A stretch of DNA of 63,539 bases, counting the filler, from Welwitschia mirabilis (lineage: Eukaryota): NCBI GenBank assembly GCA_051453625.1. It is 4 parts of one record of this genome, joined end to end, with 100 filler letters (N's around TTAATTAATTAA, not from the genome) between each part and the next. Parts side by side here need not be neighbours in the genome. Positions count along the whole stretch, not along the records: positions 1 to 30,192 come from JBOZIK010000001.1; 3 more parts are not named here. One strand, written 5' to 3'. How positions within the stretch are numbered: the stretch's first letter is position 1; every line of letters begins with the position of its first letter. Below the pieces are notes generated by a model. The model was not told the DNA's origin and did not search any database. It was given only the letters and a program-made list of their open reading frames with translations. The position numbers and the translations under genes are program-made. Shown here piece after piece: positions 1-13,855 of this stretch.

Positions 1-2282
1 CTTAGCTTACTTCCTTAGTTAAATATTATAACTTTACCTGATCATCTTTTAACTTGACTTATGTATTACTTCATAAAATATCATGATTAGTTTATACTTG
101 GGCATTTATAAGTGATAAGATTAGATTCAATCAATCTTGAGACATTCCCATGTCTATAGACTATACTTACAGGAAGATACCTTGTTTCTTGTGTTGTTTT
201 TTCAATGATGGTTAAATCTTAAGATATCAAAGTTTTCTTTTCTGACTTTTACCTTACTTATTCACTTTAGTCTTTTTAAGTGTGTGATCCTGTGGGAATT
301 ATCATTTTAGTTAAAAAAAAAAAAGAGTAAAAAGCATGATGTCCTACCACAAGTACACCAGGGCAAATATTTCTGAGAGGAGCCTTTGGCAGTGTAATAT
401 GGTAGCTGTGAGAACTCCATTGGGAAATCAGTTGGTCATGCTTCATGGGTTCTTACTCCTCTGACAGTGGTTGCACTCCCCTTATCATGGCAAAAGAAAT
501 ACAACTTTTTAGTATTCCCACTTGATCATTTTACGTTTAGAGATTTCGGTGAGTTTCTAGGTAGAAATTGATGAGTCCATTTCTCAGTAACTTTTGATTT
601 ATACCTTTATTGTTTTACACACTTGAAACCTTGGATATCATCATAACTACTTCCCTTTAGAATGAACTTTATGAAGTTAATACATTTTGTCATGCGTCTT
701 TACTTAGGTAATATTATGACATTTTCCTTTGAAGTTTGTTATGTTAGTACTTAAAATAGGTAAACAATCTTCTTCTTGTTCCTTGTGTCCATTTTTCTTC
801 TGCTTTTTTTTGTTTTCATGTCTACTATTTTCCCTCTCCTTGTTTGCATTTTTTCTTTTCCTAGTATTTTTCCTTTTTGTTAGTATAGACACTTCAGGAT
901 GCATTATACATTTTAAGTGAGGGGTAGGATACACATATTTTAGTATTTCTAATACAATTTTTTTAATTATGAGAAAACATTATCTTCCTTGATTTTTATA
1001 GTATTGTTTAATAAACAAAATATTTAATTTCTGTTACAAGTTTTAGACCCTAAAATTTTTTTTGAGAAGTCTATCATCTAATTATTGTCTGAATGACATG
1101 ACAGATGACCAATTCATTTGATTCTTTCTAGGTATTTTCATTCAGTTTTTGAATTTTTAGCAATATAGTCTGCCTTTGTAATATGCTACAATCCTTTATA
1201 AGATACTTTCTTAAAATATCCTAGCTATTTTTATTGTCTAAAAATTAGCTTATAAATATGATTTACTGCCTAGTTTTGTCAGGGACTAACAAGGCTAAGT
1301 GGGAGTCTATGTTATGCCACCAATTTATGTGAATTTAATAGAGTATTTTAAGTTGTCTTATAGGTAAATTAATAGATAAATGCTTAATCCTTATGATAAT
1401 CGGGAACCAAGATGAAGAGAATGAAAACATGTAGTTTACAGATAAATTACGATCATTTCGTGCAAATATAGATAAATGTTATTTTGGATAATGATTCCTG
1501 TAAATAACTAAGCGATTAAATTGACTGAAGGTTAACAAAAGCCTGTCATCCACCTAATTGTCAGAATGTCACTAGCAGACGACATCTCAAGTAGGGCGAT
1601 AACAAGTTCACATGCAGTTGACAGGCAGTTAAACCAGAGCAGATTAAGAGTTTTAATTATCAGTCTTCTGTTTTTATACTTTTACCAAATGTTTTCCCTT
1701 ACTTTTCTGTCTATAAATAAAGGTATCCCTCTTAATCCCTAATCATCTTTGATAATACCTAAAATTCTCGTGACAAGAGATCTTAAACCATCTTATAATC
1801 CAAAGAGACATTACCTTGGTGTTGGGCGGCGTATCTTTTATTGAGGAACGACTACTTTGTAATATAGATTCTTTTTATATTTTTAATATGAATTATCCTT
1901 TTTATTCAATATATACAGAAATATCTCCCTCATACTTTATGTTGTTTAAGATTCGTGACAGATTTCTTTTATTATATAGATTATGAGGGCAACCTTTATC
2001 AAGGTTCAGCTTGATTAGATTAGGTGCATTGTTATTTCTTTTCATAGATTAGTTTTGCATCAATATTTTAATTTCATACATTGCAATTTATTTCATTAAG
2101 ATTGGAATTACATATTTATATCTTAAAATCAACTCTTATATTCCCATACTATTGGCCTTTAACGAAATTACGACATTCAGATCACTTTTGACTATACTAG
2201 TATGCTATATTTGTGTGTGTTATTTGTAATTAATAGGATTTAGATCAAGGCGTAAAATATAGCATAAATATGCACTACAACA
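1..2282 (+). mobile_element. 3' part of an Athila-type Ty3/gypsy element: 3' noncoding region, PPT-adjacent motif and 3' LTR (~1310-2282)
   Basis: The motif agggactaacaaggctaagtgggagtcta precedes TGTTATGCC at 1310, and the LTR ends ...tgcactacaACA at 2282. The LTR and 3' UTR are homologous to copies at 5092, 12845, 37076 and 40305. Confidence 0.75.
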
Positions 2283-5091
2283 GTTATGTAAGTTTCTATC
2301 ATCATTTTCTTTAGGACTATGCCAAGATTTATAAATCCCTTTACTCATTACTTCAAAAAATGCTAAATTTGAATAGAATGATTCATGTCAACTTATGTTT
2401 AAGACACTTAAAAATAAAATCTATTATGAACCTATTGTAATAAGATAGATTGGCCAAAAGATTTTGAACTTAAGTGTGATTCTAGTAATATCATTGTGGA
2501 TGGGATTCCTAGTAAAAAATATGAAGCTTTGAAAATCATATCTTATCATAATAAAACTTTTTCTAAGGATCAAACCAATTACACTACCACTAACAAAGAA
2601 AACATTGTTATTATTTTTTTTCTAGATAATCTTAGACATTATCTTATTAGCTTCCATACTAAGACTTACATTAATCATGTTGCTATATGTTACCTTATGA
2701 CCAAGAATGATTCTAGTGCTAGACTTATTAGATGAATCCTTCTCATACAAGAATTTAATCTTACCATCATATATAAATCTAGGAAACATAATAGTATTGC
2801 TGATCACTTTTCTTGTCTTCCATGTTCTCTTGATGATATTTTAATTAATGAATACTTTCCTCATGAATAACTATTTTCTATAAAATAACTTTATGCCTTC
2901 TCATCTTCTTATTCTACTCCTTCATACGTTTACATTGTAAATTACCTAATTACCATGAAAATACCTCAACATTGGATACATAACTAATGAAAATTGTTTT
3001 TCAATAGTATTTGTAATTATGAGTGGAGTAAACCCCAATTTCATAATAGATGCGAAGAACAAATAATGTGTAAATGTCTAGAATAGAAACAAATTGATAT
3101 TTTTAATCTTTATCATGGTAGAGTATCTAGAGGATATTTTAATGGATATAAAACTATAATAAAAATAATTTACTCTAGTTTCTATTAGCCTACTCTTTTT
3201 AAGGACTCTTTTGACTTTGCTAGAAAGTGTCATGCTTGTCAACATTATGGTAGACTTCCTCAATCATAAGATATGTTCCTTAAACCTACCCTTGAATGTG
3301 AACCATTAGACTATTGGGAGATTTACTTTATAGGTTCTATCAAAACACATTCTTATAATAAAAGTTACCTTTCATGATTATTGATTATGTTACCAAATGA
3401 ATTGATGATATTCCTATCACCATAAATGATGCCTAAACTATTTGTAATTTTATCTAAACTTATATCTTTTAGCATTTTAATTTTCTTAGAATTATTATAG
3501 TGATCAAGAAACATATTTTATTAATTATCATTTTTAAAAACTTCTTTTATCCATTGGAATTAAACATAGAATTACATGTTCTTATCATCCACAATCTAAT
3601 GATCAAGCTAAAATCATAAATAGAGACATTAGGAATATGATTTACAAACTAGTCTATGTTAGTTAGAAAACTTGAGCTTCTAAACTTAATGATGTTCTTT
3701 GAACTTAACATACTACTTGGTAAAAGTCTTTTGGCTTTTCACGATATGAACTTATGTATAGAAACGTTTGTATCTTAATAGTTGATGTTTGTTATAATTC
3801 TTATCATTCTACTTATCGACTTAATATTGTAAACTTAGATGAAAATATTAGAACCAAAGTAGTCTAACTTTATTACTAAATGGAAAACATATTCATGCTA
3901 TACATCATCAACTTATTTATAAAGCCTAAGTCAAGTTTGAACATGATAAAAAAATTAACTCACTAGGTCACTTATTCATTTTATACAACACTCAAATGCA
4001 TATTCTACACAAAAAATTATCCTTTAGGAGGTTAGATTCCTATCTTTTAGAGAAATTCCATTCTAATGGTTTAGTTAAGATTTTTAATTTAAACACAACA
4101 AAAATTTAGAAAGTTCATGAACAAAGGAAAAAACTCTATAAAACACCTACCAAGAAAGTCTTAAACATGATAAAAAAAAACTTTTCTTAGATGCTTCTAT
4201 TGGTGAAGAGAACTTTATTCTTGATATTATCTAAATTCTTTCTTAGCCAATTCCTTTGGTGGATGTCATGCTATCACTTGATCATTTTTAACTTTACTTA
4301 TGTATTACTTTTTGGAGTTTTCATGAGTAGTAATCTTTCACTTGGGGCATTTTAAAGTTATAAGATTTAATTAATCTAATCTTGATACATTCATGTATCT
4401 ATGAACTTTATTCTAAAGGAAGATTCATTGGTTCTTTTATTCTCTCTTAATGATGTGATGCTTTAATTATTTAGGTGTGTTCTTCTCTATTTCTCACCTC
4501 TTTGCTTTACCTTATCCTTGAGAGTACTTGGTCATGTAATATTTATATTTTTTTGGAGAAAAAAAGGCCATGATCTTTTATTTCTGTGCTAAATCATGGT
4601 CATCATGATGTCCTACTACACAAGGGTAAATTTTTCCAAGAGGAATCTTTAACAATGTTGGTAATTGTGGGAACTTCACTAGGGTGTTAGTTCATCATGT
4701 TTTGTACATCGTTACTTCTCTAATAGTGGTTGCACTCTTCTTATCATGGAAAAATAATTATCATTTAGGGGCTTAAGGCTAGTTATATTCTTGGTTTTAT
4801 CAAAAGCATTACTTATTTCCTACCCTCATTGAGTATATAGTATTTCTACATGATCATTTCACTTTTTTGTATTCTAGTGTGATTTTGGAATGTAAGCTGG
4901 GAAGTCCATTTCTAAGTAACTTTTGATCTTATCAATTATTAATTTAAAACATTAAATTTACTTAGCATCATCATAATCACTACTTATTCAAGTGGTATAT
5001 TATGGATTTTTGACATAATGTTAAGCATTATTAATCAGGTAATTTTATGATTTCTTCCAAGTAAGTTTGTTAGGTTAGACTTTAGAGTAGG
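2283..5091 (+). mobile_element. Decayed Athila-type pol fragment (RNase H and integrase, ~2290-4150) plus 3' UTR
   Basis: Degenerate motifs CDSSN, YHNKTFSKDQTNYTTTNKE, ARLIR*ILLIQEF, Y*PTLFKDSFDFARKCHACQ, YSDQETYFIN and YHPQSNDQAKIINR, with many stops and frameshifts. Confidence 0.85.
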
Positions 5092-6466
5092 TGTTGTGAT
5101 GTTAAATTATATGTTTTTAATGGGGTATTTTAAGTAGTTTTATAGGACATTTAGATAGGTTTGAGTTGAAAATAATGATTACTAAGAGTCAAGGAGAAAA
5201 TCATAAAAATGCACAATTACCAATACATTTGAAGGCATTCTGAATGAATTTTGAAACTTCATATTCTAAGGAGAAATTAATAATCTACAAGGCCAATTTG
5301 ACTTAATGAATAACATTTAAGAAACTTTCATCTCCTTCTTTATTTTGACACCATTATAAACACCACTTTCATAATGATTAGGATGTTAACTGAACTAATG
5401 ATAAAAGCTAATGTAGGATCTTTATTAATGTGCCATCATCCTCTACATTGTTTAAATAATAATTAAAATGATTACTATTATTAGTTAATATACTAAACTT
5501 TACCTAACTCATGAAATGTGTTATTCATATCCCATTCACTATTAGGGTTTTTATTATGTTTGTTAGACTTTATATTTTTAGAGTATTTTCTTGTAATAAA
5601 TACCTCCTTCACCCTTGACTCGATCATCTTCTTGGTACCTGAAAATATCATGCTAGGATATTAAAGGATGGAAGGTTCATTCATTAGTTGCAAAGAGGAG
5701 TTTTCGTTGGTGTTAGACTATGTCTCCTTCATTGAGGTGATGCTACCTTATAATATGATATTGGTTTGATTCTAATGAAAATCTTCTTTTAGTATTATTC
5801 ATATACATATACCTTATGGTTTATGTTGATTATGATTTTATCATAGTTTTATAATTAATATAAGTCATTAATGACAATCTTTTTCAAAGTTTAAATCATT
5901 AGTTTAGGATCTTGTATTGATTTGCATTTTATATTTCCTAGCTTAATCATTGCATGTTTTTCATATTCTATTTAATGTACTTAATATCCTTGATCAGTNN
6001 NNNNNNNNNNNNNNNNNNNNNNNNNNNNNNNNNNNNNNNNNNNNNNNNNNNNNNNNNNNNNNNNNNNNNNNNNNNNNNNNNNNNNNNNNNNNNNNNNNTG
6101 TACTTGATAGCCTAGATTGGTTAGTGTTAGTGAGTGTTTTCTTGATTAATCTATGTTATACAAGATTGATTTTTATAAAAGATATTTGATAGTCAAATAG
6201 ATATTGAATGTAGAGTAGTTTGCATTTGCATTGCATAGTGTATTTACTTTTATTACATGATGATTTTCAGTTTGAACTTTAAAAGAAAAAAACAAGAACA
6301 TACATCATTGAAATCCATTTTCTAGCTTCAGGCCTATTGCCTTTAATGTATTATGACATTCAAGTTTACTCCTATCTATACTAGTGTGCATGTCATGCAA
6401 ATATTTATATTTGATAGGATTTAACAAAGGACATAAATGATTACATAAATATGTACCACAACATCT

Positions 6467-6484
6467 TGGCACTATTGCTAGGAA
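6467..6484 (+). promoter_or_regulatory. Primer binding site (tRNA-Asp type, decayed)
   Basis: TGGCACTATTGCTAGGAA versus the Athila PBS TGGCGCCGTTGCCGGGGA, 3 nt after the LTR-terminal CA. Confidence 0.8.
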
Positions 6485-9400
6485 AGGCCATAAGGCATTT
6501 TAGAATTCTTATTACCTAGATAAGTGCTTTTTATTTCAATTAATTTATTTGTTTTTGGTATAATTGTATTTTTACTATAAAATACTATAGTTTTTCTTTT
6601 TGTAGTTTTTTTATTTTTCATTCTGCAAATAATACTCTATCATCCTGTTTGTCATCTAAATGACTAGGCAAATAATAGCCTATGGTTAGGGTTTTTTTTA
6701 ATATTGTTATAGAGTTTCTATTTTTAATTTTCAATTACTAAATAATTGATATTGTCTCCTCTATTACCCAAATGACCTAGGAAGATGACTACCAGTTTCT
6801 AGTTCAATTCTATTTTTATATTTCTCTATTATCTTTTTTTCCTTTTCTATTTTTTGTGTAGTAGCCATCCAAGATATCAATTAAATGATGATAGAAACAA
6901 TAATAATAGACACGTCATTAAGCATGAAGGGACATGAAACACTTAGTAAAAGCCTAATTAAAGAAAATACTAAAGAAAGTCTAGATGACTTTGAGCTTAA
7001 CCTAGGTATGCACATCCCAAGTATATAAAAAAATTTAAGAGTTGAACAAGAAGCTTTTTTAGCTTTAATTGTTTTAAAATATAATTTTTTAAAAGAAAGT
7101 AATAGTATAGAAGTAAATCACTTTTATTCACCTAATTTAATACATTGCACAAAAAAAAAAATAAGTAGTATCATCTAATACTCTAATTATGATAAGAACT
7201 TCTAATGCAAATTTAAATGCAAACATAAATGTTATATTTAAAGATTTAATTTCCAATAGAAAATGTAAAATTCAAAACCATTTGGACTTACCTTCTAGTG
7301 ATGATGAAGAATTAGGAGAACCCAATAAAGATTATTTTCAATACACAATAATTGTTACTTACTTAGTAAATAAAAAAATAAATTAATAATAGAAATTACA
7401 TGATTATTTTTTCCATAACACTTAGAGAAAGAGTGAAACTTTAGCTTAAAACCATACCATATAAAGTCTTAAAACTTAGAGTCAAGTATAAGAAACTTTC
7501 GTCAAAAGAGTCATGAATGAAAGCACAATGAGAAAAAGAAGAAATAAGTTACAAACTTTCAACAATAATCTAATGAGGATTATGCTATAACATATGAATG
7601 ATTTATTATAGCTACTCATTTTAATCCTATTAATAAATTACCTAAAGAATAATTAATAGATTATTTTTATAATGAATTAAATAGAAAAACCAAAAAACTT
7701 GTAGATTTTTCTTATGGTGGAGGCTTGATGAACTTAGATTAAGATAATGCATGGACGTTATTGGAAGATCTAATTGAAATTAGCCAAACTTGATCTAAAT
7801 AGACTTTTAAAGATAGTTAAACTATATATCAAATGATAAAAAACTTGAAAGAAGTAAAACATGATAATAAGGAAGTTCAAAATAATTCAACAAATGTAAT
7901 AAGGATTTCACTACTTTCTAGAAAAATTTACTCAAATGATTCTAGATGCAAAAGTAACAAATGAAAATAAGGTAATATCAACATGTGATATATGTAAAGA
8001 TAACTCTGATACAACAAAAGAATGTCCATTATTACCAACATGTAAAGAATAAATCCTTAAAAAATATGTGCATTTAACTAAAAGGCTTCTAAATGTTGAA
8101 AATGAAATGCAATATCAATAACGAATGAGTGGAAAATAAAGTTGAAAAATTTTTAAGAATAGATTTAATAATTTAAACTTCTAATAAAATAAATTCAAAT
8201 CAAGATCCTCAAATTTTCAAAATTAAGGTGATATAATTATGAACCCAATGGATGAGTTAAGAAAAAGAAAAGACTAACAAAACCATGAAAAATTTAGTTA
8301 ATGTATTTAAATGAACAATATTAGCTATTCAAAAATCACAAGGATCTCTTGCAACATAAACCTTTTCAAATCCAAATGAAGTAAAAAGAGAATGTAAAGT
8401 AGTTAATACAACACCACCTATTCATGAGACTTTAACTTCCAAAAATGATGAAGAAGGTGAAGAAGAGGATGATATAGAAATCTTAGAAATATATAATTTC
8501 CATTAAACTTTAGATGAACCTTATGAAAGAACAAAAGAAAAAGAAAAGCTACTCCTTGACTTGATAAACTAGATATAAATTCTACTTTTAATAAGAACTT
8601 AAAAGCCTTAATACAAGATGATAATATCAAATCATCCTTTCAAAAACTCTTACAAGAAAATTCTAAATATGCTAAGTTGTGGAAAGATCTAGTTAAAAGA
8701 AATAAAAATGTACTATCCCTAGTATAATATTCCTTGCATAATCTATTTTCAACTTACTTATATAAAAAGATCCTAAATTTAAAAACCCTAGGGCAGTAAT
8801 AGTAAGTATTACTTTAGAAGGAAATAAGAAAATTATAAGTTCTTTAATTAACATAGGAGCAAGTGTAAACATAATGCCTCTTCACATTTTTAAAAGACTT
8901 GGGTTAAAAGAAAGAATTAAATCTATACAAATCACCTTAGAATTAGCTAATACATTAACCAAGAAACTTGTAGGAATCATTAAAACCTTAGTTATCCAGA
9001 TATAAGAAGAATTCTACCCCATAGATATAGTTATAATTGAAATACAACATGATAGAAATTACCCAGTATTTTTAGAAAGAGCCTTTTACACAGCCAACTA
9101 TTGCATCATAGACACATAAACTAGATTAATGGAATGTTTCATCAGTAATAAGAAGTACACTATTATATTTTTTTTATGCTATAGAGAAAGATATAAGTAA
9201 TGAAGAAAACTTAGAAAAAAGAGCTAGATCAACTTTATTTGTACAACACCATTTGGTTGAATAGAGATTAATAACACTATAAGACTCAACTTTGCAATAT
9301 AATTTAATAGAAATAAATAGTTCTAATTATGAGGGTGAAGAAGTGAAATCTAAGAACTCTGATATGTAAACCTTATTGAGAAATTATCTTATAAACACTA

Positions 9401-10833
9401 TCATCCACATCAATCATTCCAATAATAGTCCTACATAATAGTTAAAAAAAGCAAAATTTAATAAAAGAATAATAAGATTAATGAATAAACAAAAAGTACA
9501 ATTACTAGTAAGAAAATTATATAAATTATTCAACACAGTAAGAATAAAAACAATCATAAGGGAGGAGGACTAATGAAGAACTTATAAATATTCAACCAAA
9601 CTTAATGAAAAATAGACCTATCTTTTCCAAAATAGTAAACCATCTCAAAGAATATACCTATGTCTTGCTAGCCTATTCTCTTAAAAATATTCAAAGAAAA
9701 TGTTTCCCTATTATACAAAGTTCAATTTAGATTATAATAATACTTTTTTTTAAAGTATGCTTGAAATATCTTGGTCTTCTAAATTTTAGAAAACTTTATC
9801 TTTTTGATAATCCATACTTAGAATTAAGACTTACAAAACTTCTTAAGTATATTAAACCTTCCTTCATCATTCATCCTAAGAAGTTTGCCCCAAAATTTTT
9901 GATTTGTAATAGAACCATTAATCCTTTTTATCCTTAATATCAATCTTTAGATAAAATCTATAATTATAATTCTTCATACCATGCATTTGATAAGAGATTA
10001 TTCTTTTGTTAACTATCTAATCTTTTTATCTTTCATATTGAAAATAAATTTTGTAAATCCAAAATGTTATCTTATCATGCATATGTACCTTTTATGTTTT
10101 ATCAATTGGTCTCTTTTTGGTTTGGTCCTTATTTTTTTCCCAAGAAAGTACATTACCCTAAGATTATAGCCTTAAGAAAATAAATATTTTTTACTTTTTC
10201 AATAAAGTATTGAATAGAATTTAGGATCTACATAAATTTTTTTAAGTTACTTTTGTATTTTCTTTTGATTTTATTTTGTTATGCTTTTTCCTTTTGATTG
10301 TATTTTTCTTTTACATAATAAATTAATCTCTAGATGATTAGTTTTTATCTTTTAGAGAAAGTACATTTTTAATTTCTCATTTGAATTTCTTTATTTAAAC
10401 ACTAAGGCAATTCAAAAAAATGGATAAGTGTAAAACTTCCGTGAGTCATCAAATCTTGAATATAATAGAACAAATTATTTTAAATTTTTTTCTACCATTT
10501 TTTGAATTATATATTAGCCAAGTCTTTTGGTGAACATCATGCTATCACTTTAACATCTTTAAAACTTGATTAATATTTTACTTTATAAAGTTACCATAAC
10601 TAGGAATTTTAAGTTAGACATTTTAAAGTAATAAGGTTGGATTTACCAAATTTTAAGACATTCAAATGTCTATGAACTTTATTTTAAAGGAAGATATTTT
10701 GTTTTCTTATTTTTCTCTCCTAATGGTGTGAGTCTTTGGTTATTTGAGGTGTTTTTTCTTATTTTTCATCTCATTTATTTACCTTCATCTTTGAGAGTAT
10801 GTGATTATGTGGGATTTATTTTGAAGAAGTTTT

Positions 10834-10835
<2 letters not shown>

Positions 10836-10884
<49 letters not shown>
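10836..10884 (+). repeat. (GA)n microsatellite, about 24 units
   Basis: Directly visible. Confidence 0.98.
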
Positions 10885-10887
<3 letters not shown>

Positions 10888-13387
10888 ATCATAACCATGA
10901 TCTATTATATTTGTGCTAACTACATGATCACTATGATATCCTATTGACTAGGGTAAATTTCCCAAGAGGGATCTTTGGCAATGTTGGTAGTTGTGGAAAC
11001 TTCACTATGGGGTCAATTGGGCATGCTTCATAGGTTATTACTTCTTTAATTATCATTGTACTCACCTCATCATATACTAATAACAAATACTTCAGGACCA
11101 CGATATTAGTGATGTTCTTTATATCATCAAAGGCATCGCTTATTTTCTAGATTCATTGAGCTTATAATATCCCTACATGGTCATTTTACTTTTAAGGATT
11201 CAAGTGTATTTTAGGGTGTGAGTAGGTGAGTTCATTCTTGAGTAGCTTTTCATCTTATCATTCATTATTTAAAAACATTAATTACTTGGTATCATCATAA
11301 TTACTACCTATTTGAGTGATACTTTATGAAGTTTTTACATTATGTTATGCCTTACTAATTAAGTAATTTTATGATTTTTCTATGAGGGTTTATTAGATTT
11401 GAGTTTAAAGTATGTGCACAATCTTCTTCATGTTTCTAAGTTGTCCATTTCTATTTTGTTTTCCTTAGTTGTTTAATTTGGGATTTTATTTCCATACTTT
11501 TTTATCATAAATACATAGGACTTAATTATTTAGTATCTTTCTTGTTGATATTTATTTTTTACTTGTAGTTTTTCCTTTATAGTAGTTGATTTTCTTTTAT
11601 TCAATAATGTTTCTTTAATTTATGATAATCATTTTTCCATATTTTATTTTCATGTTTAGTTCTTTACTCTTCTTTTTGAGTTTTAACATATCCTACCTTT
11701 TAATAATTGTGAGTTCATAGTACATTTCATAATCTTCCTTAGCTTGGTGCATTATAAATTACCCTCCTTTAACATGCCTTATTCATCTCAATTTTGAGAC
11801 ATTTCTCATCTTTTGGAATTTTTAATAACTTTTTAAAACCTCTGTGATGCTATCTGAGCTTAACTTATTCTACTAATACTTTTAATTTTTCTAATCTTTT
11901 TAGAGCCCTATCGTCTACCTTGTCATCTTTATAACTAAGTGGATGATGCACTAATATTTTTTATTTGCATCCTCATTTTTAATATTCCATCTTTTTCCAA
12001 TTATTTTTGACCTTATTTTATGCAAAGATTACTATTCTAAAGCCCACCTATTTTTCTTACTTGTATTTAAATTGCATATTGATTAATTTTTTCTAATATT
12101 AATGTAATATGGGATGTATTAGTCCACCTAAGGAGTGGGGGAAAAGGAGAAGGACATATATTTTGAGTAAAAAATTTAAATTTTTAGAGTCATTTTTAAA
12201 ATTTTCATGATATATGTCTATAATGTACTAATACAATTATGGTTACCTATTATTTAAATGAGATGCATTATGAATATTATTTAATAAAACCATGTACTTA
12301 GTAATAAAATACTTATAGTTTAGTTTTCTTGTAGGGAAATTCAAGTAATTCAAGAGACCATGAATGAGGAAATAATGTTATGATTATTTATATTTAATAT
12401 ATTTTTCTTTCTGGATTGGCTTAAGAATGCAATGTTTGTTGTATGAATATCATTTTTGAGTTATTAATTTTTTTTAATTATAGACGCACATCATTTATCT
12501 AAGAGATTATGATTATAACTTATGATTATTCTTTTATTATTAAATTCAATCTTTACTTTTTTAATGTATTAAATGTTTTAAGTGGTGCGCTAATGCATTG
12601 GTAAGTCTTTTGATCTTATTTTTTATTAAACATAATTGTAGGAATATGATTTTATAGTGTAACTATAGAAAGCCTATTATACCCATAATTTTCTAAATGT
12701 CATATTTTGAGATTTGATCCTACATAATGAGATTTTAAACTTAATTTACATTTCACTAGTTAATGTTTATCTTAGTTAATTTTGTTTGAAATTATAATTG
12801 TTTACCTACTTTGTCAGGGATTAATAAGGCTAAGTAAAAGGCTATGTTGCAATGCCAAACTATATGATTTTGATGGAATGTTTTGAGTAGTTTTGTAAGA
12901 CATTGAAAAATAATGTTTATTGAGAGTTAAAGAGAAAATCATGGAAATGAGAAATTACTAGTACATTTAGAGGTATTTTGAATGAACTCTGAAGCTTCAC
13001 ATTCTAAGCATGAATTAATATCTACAAGGCCAATTTTACTTGATGAAGAGATTTAAAAAGACTGTCATCCCATTCATTATTTAGATGACATTAAAATGAT
13101 ACCACTTGCATGATGATTAGAATGCTAACTAGACTAAAGATGAAAGTTGATGTAGAACATCTATTGAGATGTCACCATTCTCTACATCATCAAGATAATA
13201 GTCAGGATGACTACTATTTTTAGTGAATGTACCAAACTTCACCTAACTTGTGTAATGTGTTATACACCTCTCATTTGTCATTAGGATTTCTATTGCATCT
13301 ATGAGATTTGATATTTTTAGAGTGTTTTATTATAATAAATAACTCCTTCACCCTTGACTCTGATCACATTTTTTATCCTAAGGAACA

Positions 13388-13855
13388 TGTTTAGTGCTAC
13401 TTTCCAAAGTTCTTAGACTTTAAAAACTAAATATAGAAGGATAATCCTTGGGGCTTAACAAAAGACCTTTTATGAAAAAGTTTTAATAAGTAAAAATGTT
13501 CTCACATACCCCAAGGAGTTCTTTTAGTACTACTCTCCAAAGTTCTTGGACTTTGAAAAGCTAATATAGAAGGGTAAACTTAGGACTTAATATAAAAACT
13601 TTAAAGGAAAAGTTTTAATAAGTGAAAATGTTCTCACATAAACCCAAATGAACTCTTTTAGTTCTTCTCTCAAAAGCTCTTAGACTTTGAAAATATAAGA
13701 TAAAAGGATAGCCTTGGGTAGTAATAAAAGAAGTTTTAAAATAAACCTTTAATAAGTGAATTACTATAACTTGCCTCACATAAACCCCAATGAATTATTT
13801 TAGCAATGCTTTTCAAAGTTCTTGGATTTTGGAAAGCTAATATAGAAGGGTAATA
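13388..13855 (+). repeat. Diverged tandem repeat, ~133-140 bp unit, about 3.5 copies
   Basis: The unit tttagt..ct..ccaaagttctt.gacttt.aaaa..taatatagaagg...ttttaataagt..aaatgttctcacata.cccc recurs at ~13390, 13524, 13657 and 13799. Confidence 0.85.

Larger units (their letters stand above)
5092..13380 (+). mobile_element. Athila-type element: 5' LTR 5092-6463, PBS, decayed gag (~6900-8400), protease (~8780-9150), 3' UTR, truncated 3' LTR from 12845; no recognisable RT/RH/INT
   Basis: TGTTG...AACA LTR followed by a tRNA-Asp-like PBS. gag motif FYNELNRKTKKLVDFSYGGGLMN; protease motif LINIGASVNIMPLHIFKRLGL. The 3' LTR TGTTGCAATGCC follows the same purine-rich motif. Confidence 0.8.

Noticed and set aside
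704..934. K/E-rich and F/L-rich short ORFs here and many other 60-100 aa ORFs in the track
   Set aside because: Compositional artefacts of T-rich TE UTRs, antisense shadows of CAD exons, or ORFs running through N gaps.
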